Of a stretch of DNA of 64,000 bases, positions 7,801-16,205 are shown one piece after another (position 1 is the stretch's first letter; every line of letters starts with the position of its first letter). The DNA comes from Candidatus Norongarragalinales archaeon (GTDB lineage: Archaea; Micrarchaeota; Micrarchaeia; Norongarragalinales; Norongarragalinaceae): positions 256,001 through 320,000 of the forward strand of contig JAWABJ010000001.1 in assembly GCA_038884755.1 (NCBI GenBank), read 5' to 3'. The notes beneath the pieces were generated by a model. It worked only from the letters and a program-made list of their open reading frames with translations, had not been told where the DNA came from and ran no database searches. Made by a program: the position numbers and the translations under genes.

Positions 7801-10355
7801 ATTTCTCTGCTTTCACTAGAAACGGGACGAGCGTCTTGCGCTACAACCCCGAGGCTTTCGCGCAATGCCGGGCTTTCCAGGCGATTGCGAACGAAGTGAA
7901 GCCCGCGAGGGTTAAGATTGAATTGGGAAGAATTGGAAGCCAATTGAAAACGCCCATAGTGATAGACGTTTCTGGCATTTCCGCTTTCGAAGCGCCTTCG
8001 CTTTTCATAGGCCCCATCTTCTCGCCGGTTGAAGGTGGGGAGAGTGCGAAACTAGCTTACCCGCAGTTGTGGGCTGTAACGAACTTGAAGCAAATAGGGT
8101 CTAGGAACGTTCAAATGTACCTGGCGCAGCCTTCCGACATCAACCAGCCTATCGAACCGCTTTCTCTCGTCACTTTCGCGGGGCCGGGAACGCAGACGAT
8201 TGCGCTGAACCCAAACCCCAAGAGCTTGGTGCTAGTTGCGAAGGAAAACGACGAGATTATTTTCGTGCAAGGCAACCCGGCCCAAAGCAGGGTAAGCGGG
8301 TTGACCGAGTACGCGCAGGAATTCTCGTTGAAAACGCGGTTTTCTGGTGAAAGCACGCAAGAACTGCAAAACCTGCTTTACTCCAACACCGGCTTCAATC
8401 CTGTTGTAGTAAAAAGGATTTTGGAAAAGGCGCTTGCGAAAGCAAAGCAAACCGCGTTCTGGAGGAGCGACGGTTCGGCGTGGTGCAAAGACACGCCTGT
8501 TTGCGTGAACAACAAGTTCCAGCCTTTCGCCGAATGCTGCCGCGCCACGCGCGAAGACTGGCTGGAGGGAAGCGTTTCTTTCGAGCAGACTACCGAGCCT
8601 TGCGCGTTTGAAGACGGAACTCCCGCTAAATTCTGCAACAACCTAGGTTATCCCCAGGAAAGCGGGAATTGGAATTCCCATCAGTCGAAGTGCGCGGTTC
8701 CCATTGATTTTGCTACTTCCGCGCCTTATTGCACGCAACCCGAAGGCTTTGCGCCGTCGACGCAAGTTTACTGCGACTCGCGCTGCGCGCCGCGGGAAAT
8801 AGTAGTGGGCGTTGACGAGAACGAAGAGCCGATTACCGAATTCACCATGGGCTTGGAAGTCGCTTACGGCGATTCTTACAAGGAATCGTTCCAGTCGCAA
8901 GCCAAATCGTGTTCGGCGGACGCGGCTGCAAAGCAAAATTCCATGAGCAATGTGGACTTTCAGTCTTGCAAGAGCAAAGGATTCTTGTGCCCGATTTTCA
9001 CTAAAATCAAAAACTCGGTTGACACGCCGTTGTGCGTGCCTGCTTCGGTTCCGGATTCCCGCGGCTTGATTTCGATAGATGAGGACGGCGAGGGCCCAAC
9101 GTGGGAGTACGCTTCGCTTGCAGACGGGAGTTGGAAGTGCCCAGCGCAACACGTTTTTGCGGTCGCCGACGCCTGCTTCCAGGAGGCTTGCACTACCTAC
9201 TGCAGCACTTACGGACTTGAAGGCCTTGCGCCCCGATGCGACGAGAGCGGGTACTGCGCGCCCGACGGCACGCGCACCGTTCCAAAAGTGATTTACGACG
9301 AGGAGGAAGTGGGGCCGCTGGTGGAAGTGCCATTTTCTTCACTGGCAGGCAACGAAACCGACTCTCCCTTGTCTTTCTTCCCGTCCGCTTACGACCGCGG
9401 CTTCGCGTACCGCCTGCCTTTGAACACGCTCATCCAGCCTGACGACGTTGAAATCGAAGAGGCTTTCGCCAACGCCGGCCTTCCGCTTCCAGACTCTTGC
9501 ACCGCGCAAGGCAATTTCACTTACCGCGGGTTGTACGACTTGCAGTCTTTGCTTTCGAAAGGCAGCCAAGGGTTTTTCTGGAACCACGCTTTTTCCGTGT
9601 TTTCGATTCCCAACAACGCGTACCACAACGTTCCCTGCGCTTTGGGCTTGGGCGCGGGGCAGACGCAAACGTGCCACTTGCTTTTCATCGACCAGCGCGG
9701 GCGCAACGACGCGTGCATCAAAAGCATAACTCAATTCGATTATTTTGAAGAAGCGCCGCCAATCGCTTTTGAAAAGCCGGGCTTTCCGCTTTCGCAAATG
9801 AGTTTTGCAGGGCGCACCGGCATTTTCAAGGGAACTAGGCAATTTGCAATAACGCCTACCGGATACGTAGTTGCGTTGCGCTACGGCTCGAGCACCCGCC
9901 AAGTGTTCGACTGGTGGAAGCCCGAAGGTTCTTACGCTGGAGCAATAACGTTCACTTGGTCTAAATGCAAATTCTGGTGCCAAGTGTGGAAGTTCGTCAA
10001 GAGCGTGATTAAGGTCGCGATAGTAGTAGGGCTTATTTACCTTGCAATAAACCCCGGCGCCCTGGGGCCGTTCTTTTCCAAATTCGGGATTATCAAGTTT
10101 ATGAAAGCAGGAGGGAATATAGCTGCGCACTACGCTTTCACGTCCGCCGCAGCTGAAACGCTCGTGGTTACCGTGGCTGCCATGGCGTCTTCCAGCCTGG
10201 CCGGGCAAGGCTTGTCCATATACACTCCCGACTTCAGCACCGAAGGGTGCAAGACCGCGGGCGTAGACCAAGGCTGGAACGAGGCGGAAACGCAAGCGCG
10301 TTTGCTCGGGTGCAAGAAAAGCTCTTGGAAAGTCGCGAGCACCACGCCCGCGTAA
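4839..10355 (+). CDS. Giant membrane-anchored surface protein A (1838 aa): conserved leader + TM, carboxypeptidase-regulatory/prealbumin-like beta repeats, Cys-rich region, hydrophobic C-terminus
   Basis: Repeated V.V....G.P..GA.V.....T...G.A.F units; YY.FCD.L...G...P.E..GIPS leader; many Cys in the C-terminal half. Confidence 0.85.
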   Translation: MYDGKEKGGGKTFFESVEESYYSFCDSLQEKGIKVYDWFVDPLEKNGIPSLPVMLLILLAVLLGAGWLLFNPAQGSGAYSLSVSITTEKGPVDDAFVSLFKGSSLVAKEKTQAGVALFEGIEGGEYSIEVEKEGFEKTAQNVLVPDQDYVEITLKPGVQTRTQPNGKTTPNSVSFNNLDFPSGSGKLVLHIFVNSPGGQSLNAIATVYDKRSMASLGTVNVKDGWGTFDSLEEGMLVYADVSAEGFAPYSGSENAITISKSGINSLTVTLSALTGDFVETLVRVSDLQDAPVAGASIQVFPAGSATPLTLSNSLTDSKGMLKLFLNSKNESRYKLLAGKTGFDDTESEWFKAGEPVAVRLHKPGEYTEDEKSRSSALNALVTQEGTPVKGAVVTIAGEGLVTRTRATDAQGKASFFLFNKRGLNVVASAVKGNRAASKELALDAAEVSVELPLQKASGIVTVKAVRYSNQQHLDALFEARENNALLSSCATNGASQECDLQVPLGTTVQITASSQGFVSETHEVVVNAQQMSYSFALVSENEVQYSQIKDFRVTLEGSNEAVEILYPGKRYEAKFTLLGKTQSTADSFGFYFSVDASKAAIKKVTPPSAPAKTLGSATAACSPTQINYNNANAAWVDLTYPGSNSVSSKSVRVVFEVKPLPEGVLEENTIVKYRSFLVQGGKYYRNPLNANDPPERRFDAKTPLASGCDSPAISRTFVINAAGVSCNNFACVQVAFTQQGAQSARDGFVAKGGDNPAPVIMAFEIAMRTAQLQGELGLSFNAPGGFLGLLSLKYPGIPDEQGTPPEFPTVLEFNGNEGSFSVSVDHLKSYANFEAGFVFGGQVALKPLAKTNHSQLFLQIADSSNGTRHTATYGVVTNETIGGGGVSNERLSLLPGSQDSCGGSPFVIYDPGLRNQILLKQTRDFQTQCGTVEMRTTPLFPADAVKITVDTAERLLVNVTEDDGSSICFESCSFGRDGKVDESSCIRDFSAFTRNGTSVLRYNPEAFAQCRAFQAIANEVKPARVKIELGRIGSQLKTPIVIDVSGISAFEAPSLFIGPIFSPVEGGESAKLAYPQLWAVTNLKQIGSRNVQMYLAQPSDINQPIEPLSLVTFAGPGTQTIALNPNPKSLVLVAKENDEIIFVQGNPAQSRVSGLTEYAQEFSLKTRFSGESTQELQNLLYSNTGFNPVVVKRILEKALAKAKQTAFWRSDGSAWCKDTPVCVNNKFQPFAECCRATREDWLEGSVSFEQTTEPCAFEDGTPAKFCNNLGYPQESGNWNSHQSKCAVPIDFATSAPYCTQPEGFAPSTQVYCDSRCAPREIVVGVDENEEPITEFTMGLEVAYGDSYKESFQSQAKSCSADAAAKQNSMSNVDFQSCKSKGFLCPIFTKIKNSVDTPLCVPASVPDSRGLISIDEDGEGPTWEYASLADGSWKCPAQHVFAVADACFQEACTTYCSTYGLEGLAPRCDESGYCAPDGTRTVPKVIYDEEEVGPLVEVPFSSLAGNETDSPLSFFPSAYDRGFAYRLPLNTLIQPDDVEIEEAFANAGLPLPDSCTAQGNFTYRGLYDLQSLLSKGSQGFFWNHAFSVFSIPNNAYHNVPCALGLGAGQTQTCHLLFIDQRGRNDACIKSITQFDYFEEAPPIAFEKPGFPLSQMSFAGRTGIFKGTRQFAITPTGYVVALRYGSSTRQVFDWWKPEGSYAGAITFTWSKCKFWCQVWKFVKSVIKVAIVVGLIYLAINPGALGPFFSKFGIIKFMKAGGNIAAHYAFTSAAAETLVVTVAAMASSSLAGQGLSIYTPDFSTEGCKTAGVDQGWNEAETQARLLGCKKSSWKVASTTPA
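6735..6924 (+). repeat. Identical blocks (23, 35 and 70 bp) shared with 12339-12528
   Basis: 6735-6757=12339-12361; 6780-6814=12384-12418; 6855-6924=12459-12528. Confidence 0.95.
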
Positions 10356-10397
10356 AAAATCTTAACCCTTTTTTAATCTCTTTTTCTAACGATTTGT

Positions 10398-13300
10398 ATG
10401 GAAAACCAGCCGACCGGAGGCGAACAACCGCCTTCCATTCCAGCTAAAAGCAATCAAAAAACTTTGTGGGACAATGTTGAGGGAAAATACTATTCTTTTT
10501 GCGATTGGCTGCAAGACCACGGGCTTCCCATTTACGATTTCTTCGTTTACCCTCTTGAAGACAGGGGCATTCCTTCGCTCCCGGCTTTCGTGATTATCCT
10601 GCTGGCTTTGCTGCTGGGCGCGGGCTGGATTGCGATGGGCGGGCTGTCAGGGCTGGGACAGCAGGCTTACGCCCTTCAAGTGAGCGTTTACAGCGAGCAA
10701 GGTCCCATCGAAGGGGCAATCCTAACGCTGTACAAGGACGGCGGGGTTGTCTCGAAAACAAAGACGAATTCCGACGGGATTTCTTCTTTTGAAGAACTGC
10801 AGGCGGGGGATTACGCGCTGGACGCGGAGAAGGAAGGTTTTGAAACCGCTTCGCTTGCCGTTTCAGTCCCGCGAGAGTCAAGCGTGGACGTTACGCTGGT
10901 TTCAAAACAAAAAATCAGTTTCGAAGGCGGAAAGCAGCCTAACGGAAAGAAAACCGAAGAAGGGCCTTTCAACGAAATTGACTACGGCGACTTGTCCCTC
11001 AAGATTTTTGTTACTGATATAGCGGGCAACCCTCTTGACGCGACTGCGAACGTTTTCGACAAGAACGCGGGAACGAAAATAGGGACTGTTATCGTAAGGA
11101 ACGGCTTCGGCTCGCTCGACGGTTTGGAAGCGGGCATGGTCGTTTACGCGGACGTTTCCGCCCAAGGCCACGTGCCTTACTTGGGCAAGAACAACGCGAC
11201 CACGATTTCTGCGGAATCCCCGAATTCCATAAGCGTAAAGCTCTTCAAAATCACGAACGACACCGAGTCGAAAGCCACGCTCGTGAAAGTGCGTGATTTG
11301 AACGGAACGCCTTTGAACCAGGTTTTGATTAAGGTGTTTCGCAAGGGCAATCCTTTTGCGTTGATCATTCCCAACCAGTACACGAACGCAACCGGCGAGC
11401 TTGCGATAGACTTGAATTCAAGCGGAAATCCCGATTACAAGATTCTCGCTTCCAAAACCCCGTATGTGGATACTGAAACAAGCTGGTTCAAGGCCGGAAC
11501 GAAAGTTGAAATCACTCTCAAGAAGCAAAGCGAAATGAACCAGTCTGACAAAGACAAGGCTTCCAACCTTACCGTGACGGTCACGTTCAATGGGAGCGTG
11601 GTGGCGAATGCTGCGGTCGCCGTATTCCACGACGAGCTTGCGACGCGCGAAGGGTTTACTAACTCCCAAGGCAAAATCAGCTTTTACATCTTGAATTCTC
11701 GCGGGCTTACGGTTACGGTGAACGCTTCCAAAAACAACATGGCCGGCTCGAAGCAAGTCGCTTTGGATTCCGAGCAAGTGCAGGCGAGCGTGGAGCTTGA
11801 ACGGCGGAAGGCAAGCGTGCGCGTGAGGGCGTTTAACTATTCCAACGGGTTGTTGATTGAAAACGCGGCTTTCGAGGCGAAAACTGGAGGCGCAACTGTT
11901 TCTTCCTGCGCCGTTTCCGCACCCAACTTCGACTGCGTGCTGCAAATAGGCATAGGCTTGAACGCGGAAATAAACGCTTCCGCCCCCACGTTCGTTTCCG
12001 AAACGAAATACTTGTCCGTAAACAACGAAACCATGGCGTTGGACTTCAGCCTGCTTCCTGAATACGCGGTGCAGTCTTCCCTCATCAAAGATTTCGTGGT
12101 GACGCCCGAAGGAGGGAATTCCAACGTAACCACGCTATACCCGGGAAAACGGTATGAGGCTAAGTTTACTCTCATAGGAAAAACCAACAGTACGAGCGAC
12201 GAGTTCGGTTTTTATTTCGGCGTTGAAACCGCCCGCGCCGTAATCAAGCGCGTGACGCCGCCTTCAACCCCCACGAAGACCCTCGGTTCTACGACCGCAG
12301 CGTGCAATCCCGTGCAGATAGACTATAATAATGCGAATGCGGCGTGGGTGGATTTGACTTATGCTGGTGCGAATGGCGTGTCGAGCAAGAGCGTGAGAGT
12401 GGTTTTCGAAGTAAAGCCGCTTGGGCAGGGCGTGCAGGAGTCGAACGTTACGCTCCGCTACCGCAGTTTTCTCGTGCAAGGCGGGAAATACTACCGCAAT
12501 CCTTTGAATGCGAACGACCCGCCTGAAACGCGCTTCGAGCCGAAAAGCCCGCTTGCCTCTGGATGCAACTCGCCTACGTTCAATGCGCTTTACGCAATCA
12601 ACGGCGTGGGCGTGAGCTGCAGCGAGTACGCTTGCGTGAGCGTGTTGTTCACGCAAAACGGACAGCAGAGCGCGAAAAACAACTTTACCATGATGAATTT
12701 CGGCGAGGGCTCCACGCCTCCGGTCGTAATGCTTTACGAAATCACGTTCAAGAAAGACGTTCGCAACAATCCCGCGGACATTTCTTTTTCCTTCAACGCA
12801 CCCGGCAGTTTCATAGGCTTGGTTTCGGCGAGTTATCCCGACCAGCCCGACGAGCAGGGCACTCCGCCGCAGCCGCCGAACAAAATAGAGTTTTTGAACG
12901 GCACTCCCCAGTCTTTCTCTGCCGATTTAAGCCACTTGAAGCGTTACTCGAACATGGACGAGGGCTTCAAGTTCAACGGCGATTTCGTCATAAAGCCCTT
13001 GTCTTCCTCGAACGTTAGCGGGGAGGGCATAACTCTGCAACTCGCGCAAGGAGTTGATGCAGTCCGGCACAACGCCCTTTACAACATTCAAGCCAACGGT
13101 TCTCAAGGCGGGTGCACCCAGAATTGTAATGAGCAGGTGGAAAACAGCGCGAAGCTGCAAATGCTTTTGCGCCAGCGCAGGGACAGCGGCAGTTACATCA
13201 CCAACCCGCTTTCGCTTTACGCAATCGGCTTGTGCTCTTACGAAAGCATACTGCATTCGTTCCTGCAAGTGGGTTTGCCAAAGTGCGCCGGTTCGTTCGT

Positions 13301-16055
13301 GGAATTGAACTACACTGTGACGGTGAACGACACGCAAGGCGGCCGCGGCTGGGTTTTCTTCAACTCCACTGCGAACGGCATTACGCTAATACAAAACCTT
13401 TCGGTTTCCAAGCAACGCGGGCAGGGCATTAGTTTCGTGCAGGGCTTGGAGAACGGCGTTTACAACGGGTTTTTCAACATCAGCCTGAACGACGTGGTTT
13501 CAGGCGACATTGTGAACGTTTCGTTCCTCGCGATTACGAGCGAGACTCCCAAGTTTTCCAACTTCAAGTTTGTTTTCCACAACGGGCTGCCGAACTGGTT
13601 CGACAACCAGACCAAGCTCAACGCCATGCCTTACGCCGGCGGGCCGCCGGCGCAGTTCGACTACTTCCCATGCGGCAAGGCGGCGATTACGCTAGACATT
13701 CCGCTGGGCGGGCAGGGGCAGATTGACTTGAACTCGTCTTGCCGGGACGTGATTTTGCAAGTAGACCCAATAATGCCTTTGGACGCGATTCCCGTGGAAT
13801 TCACGCAAAGCTTCAGGAGCAACTGCGGAACCTTGCGCCTGAACCGGCTTTTCCCGCCGACCGACGGCTCGCGCGACTTGTCGCAGAAGATTCAATTCGA
13901 CATGAACCTGTACCCGCAAACGGCGTGGATTTCGTTCAACTCGCAAACCGCTGGTTTGCTTAAAGGAAATTGGTTTGACACCGACCCGCGCTTTCCCGGG
14001 TTAAACTACCTGGGCAAAGCCACTCTTCGCTTGGACTGCTCGCGCTTGCCCAACAAGTTCGTGGACATCGCGATTACTGCGAAAGCCGTCGACTCGCGCA
14101 TTCCGCCCGTGGACGGAAGCTACATTTACTACGAAGGCATGCCCCACCAGCTGATTTATTCGCTGTACAACGGCCAGCTTCCGCGCGACTTGCTTGTAAG
14201 CCCGTCTAACGAAACCACGACGGTAAAAACCCGTACGAGGGCTTTTGACGCCAGCAACCGCGTCAATTACTTCCTCATCAACCACCGTTCCACTCCAATC
14301 GGCATTTCCATCAAGGGCACGCCGTCGGAGGAAGGCATTGTAATAAACGAGTTCAGCAACCGCTTTGGCTCGGTGTATTCTCACATGATTGCGGTTTCCC
14401 ACTTGGACTTGATTACGCTCGGCAAGTACCTGCATTTCCTGGACTCGCTGCAGCTCTACCCGCCGTCCCAGCAAAACGCGATTTGGAATTCCACTTGCCC
14501 GTCGATAGACTACGTGAGCGAAGTGACGCACCAGATTCCGCGCAATTTCGTGGAAGAAGTGAAACGCATTTCGCTAATCACGGGCTTCCGCCGTTCGCCG
14601 CCCCAAAACGGGTATTGGTGCGGGCACCGCAAGGACCGCCCGCAGGGCGAGCGCACTTGCTATCCAACGATTTTGAATTGGATGCAGCCGGGAATCAACG
14701 AGACGACGCAAACGATTCAATGCCCCGCTCCCGCGTGCTTGCAGGCAAGCGAAGCCGACCCGGACTCTTACACGGCTGACGCGATAACGCTTTCGGTTTC
14801 CCCCCAGCAGCCTTTCCCGCCTGAAGGGCAGCAGTACGCCTTTTCAATCAAGGATTCGCTCGTGTTGAGCGCTGACGCGAGCGGGCTTCCCGCGGGCACG
14901 AACGTTACGGCCGCGAGCGTGGAATTCAAGAGCAAGGAAAGCGTGGACTGCCCGATTGCCGGCGCAAGCTGGTGTTCGACGACTTTCTTGAACGACGGAG
15001 TGGATTTGCAGAAGGACGCGGGCGGGTTGTGGAACATTTCTTACGCCGGCATTTCAAACGCGCAAAACGGCGAGTACGCCGTGCGCATCAAAGCGGCAAA
15101 CGAAACCGGCGGTGTTTTCTTCTACTCGCCTTGGGTTAGGATAATAGTGGAGAACAATGCCGCCGCTTGCTTTGCGTTGGGCACCCAGCGCGAGAACGTG
15201 CCGTTGTGCGCCGAGCCCGTGTGCGACCCGTTCTGCAGGCCGGATGGGACTAAGGAAATCGTGACCAACGCGGGTCCCGCCTTGAACGACCCGCAATCGT
15301 GGTGGCTGAACGACACTGTCCTGGAGTTCGTGCCTGCGGCGGAAGTGGAAGGGATTGAGAATTACGCGGGAATGCCTTTCGCTTACTTCAGGCAAAAGGG
15401 CATTCTGCAAAACGACTTTTCTTTATCCAGTCCGCTAATGCAGTGGAACTGGAACATTGACGACGTTGCAAACGCAGGATTTACGATTGAAAACGACGCG
15501 AAATGCGTGGCTGGAACAGGGTTTTACGAGCTCAAGGCGTCTAGCGCGGACGGCGAGGAATGGAGTTTCAGCGTGGCGCTTAAGAAACTGCCTTTGAGCG
15601 GGTATTTCCTGAACAACGAGCCTTCCGACTCCGACGCGGCGAGGGAAGGGTATATAGACGATTTGCCTCCAAACCCGCGTTCTGCCGTTTTCGCCAAAGG
15701 CCGGGGTTGTGGAATAGGAACAGACCCGGGTTTTGATGATGAAAAGTTTTTGTGCAACGCCAAAAACCTGGTGGTTGGAAAGCACACGCACCACGCTAGA
15801 AACAGCCAAATTCTCGATTGCTTTATCCCGTGCAAGTACAACAACTGCGGGTATTGCATCAACTTCAACCTGCCTTTCGAGCAGTACGAGTGGCAAGCTT
15901 GCCTTCCGCCGGCGAACAGGAACGACTTTTCCAGCTTCCAGGCTTTGAGGCAGGCGTCGACCAACCCCAACCTGCCTCCTGAATTGCGTTGGGCTTACGG
16001 CGTGGGGCAAGAACTGGGCGGCTGTCCGAACGAAGCGACGCGCATTTCCGATTGA
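10398..16055 (+). CDS. Giant membrane-anchored surface protein B (1885 aa), paralogue of A, rich in N-glycosylation sequons
   Basis: Same leader and TM, collinear with A for about 900 aa, Cys-rich C-terminus. Confidence 0.85.
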   Translation: MENQPTGGEQPPSIPAKSNQKTLWDNVEGKYYSFCDWLQDHGLPIYDFFVYPLEDRGIPSLPAFVIILLALLLGAGWIAMGGLSGLGQQAYALQVSVYSEQGPIEGAILTLYKDGGVVSKTKTNSDGISSFEELQAGDYALDAEKEGFETASLAVSVPRESSVDVTLVSKQKISFEGGKQPNGKKTEEGPFNEIDYGDLSLKIFVTDIAGNPLDATANVFDKNAGTKIGTVIVRNGFGSLDGLEAGMVVYADVSAQGHVPYLGKNNATTISAESPNSISVKLFKITNDTESKATLVKVRDLNGTPLNQVLIKVFRKGNPFALIIPNQYTNATGELAIDLNSSGNPDYKILASKTPYVDTETSWFKAGTKVEITLKKQSEMNQSDKDKASNLTVTVTFNGSVVANAAVAVFHDELATREGFTNSQGKISFYILNSRGLTVTVNASKNNMAGSKQVALDSEQVQASVELERRKASVRVRAFNYSNGLLIENAAFEAKTGGATVSSCAVSAPNFDCVLQIGIGLNAEINASAPTFVSETKYLSVNNETMALDFSLLPEYAVQSSLIKDFVVTPEGGNSNVTTLYPGKRYEAKFTLIGKTNSTSDEFGFYFGVETARAVIKRVTPPSTPTKTLGSTTAACNPVQIDYNNANAAWVDLTYAGANGVSSKSVRVVFEVKPLGQGVQESNVTLRYRSFLVQGGKYYRNPLNANDPPETRFEPKSPLASGCNSPTFNALYAINGVGVSCSEYACVSVLFTQNGQQSAKNNFTMMNFGEGSTPPVVMLYEITFKKDVRNNPADISFSFNAPGSFIGLVSASYPDQPDEQGTPPQPPNKIEFLNGTPQSFSADLSHLKRYSNMDEGFKFNGDFVIKPLSSSNVSGEGITLQLAQGVDAVRHNALYNIQANGSQGGCTQNCNEQVENSAKLQMLLRQRRDSGSYITNPLSLYAIGLCSYESILHSFLQVGLPKCAGSFVELNYTVTVNDTQGGRGWVFFNSTANGITLIQNLSVSKQRGQGISFVQGLENGVYNGFFNISLNDVVSGDIVNVSFLAITSETPKFSNFKFVFHNGLPNWFDNQTKLNAMPYAGGPPAQFDYFPCGKAAITLDIPLGGQGQIDLNSSCRDVILQVDPIMPLDAIPVEFTQSFRSNCGTLRLNRLFPPTDGSRDLSQKIQFDMNLYPQTAWISFNSQTAGLLKGNWFDTDPRFPGLNYLGKATLRLDCSRLPNKFVDIAITAKAVDSRIPPVDGSYIYYEGMPHQLIYSLYNGQLPRDLLVSPSNETTTVKTRTRAFDASNRVNYFLINHRSTPIGISIKGTPSEEGIVINEFSNRFGSVYSHMIAVSHLDLITLGKYLHFLDSLQLYPPSQQNAIWNSTCPSIDYVSEVTHQIPRNFVEEVKRISLITGFRRSPPQNGYWCGHRKDRPQGERTCYPTILNWMQPGINETTQTIQCPAPACLQASEADPDSYTADAITLSVSPQQPFPPEGQQYAFSIKDSLVLSADASGLPAGTNVTAASVEFKSKESVDCPIAGASWCSTTFLNDGVDLQKDAGGLWNISYAGISNAQNGEYAVRIKAANETGGVFFYSPWVRIIVENNAAACFALGTQRENVPLCAEPVCDPFCRPDGTKEIVTNAGPALNDPQSWWLNDTVLEFVPAAEVEGIENYAGMPFAYFRQKGILQNDFSLSSPLMQWNWNIDDVANAGFTIENDAKCVAGTGFYELKASSADGEEWSFSVALKKLPLSGYFLNNEPSDSDAAREGYIDDLPPNPRSAVFAKGRGCGIGTDPGFDDEKFLCNAKNLVVGKHTHHARNSQILDCFIPCKYNNCGYCINFNLPFEQYEWQACLPPANRNDFSSFQALRQASTNPNLPPELRWAYGVGQELGGCPNEATRISD

Positions 16056-16090
16056 GCTCGCGCTATTCGATAGAACTTTTTTGTTTTTTT

Positions 16091-16143
16091 AGTCAGAAGC
16101 TACCTCGGTCATCACAAGTCAGACTGGGACGGTGTCATCACGA
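16091..16143 (-). ncRNA. C/D-box methylation guide sRNA, predicted targets 23S rRNA Gm2251 and Um2438 (E. coli numbering)
   Basis: Minus strand reads GTGATGA-caccgtcccagt-CTGA-ctt-GTGATGA-ccgaggtagctt-CTGA, i.e. perfect C, D', C', D boxes with two 12-nt guides complementary to conserved 23S motifs. Confidence 0.9.
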
Positions 16144-16205
16144 AATAGGATTTGTGCAAAGCGCTTTTATTAAGATTGAGTTCAATTGTTTTTATAGCTG
16201 GTTTA

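Noticed and set aside
5724..7943. 739-aa antisense ORF
   Set aside because: Shadow frame of giant gene A with no recognisable motifs
6855..12528. Diversity-generating retroelement TR/VR pair
   Set aside because: The blocks are fully identical with no adenine-specific mismatches, lie mid-gene, and no reverse transcriptase is present
16091..16142. 26-bp tandem repeat or mini-CRISPR
   Set aside because: The periodicity is fully explained by the C/D' and C'/D boxes; no cas genes or array in the window
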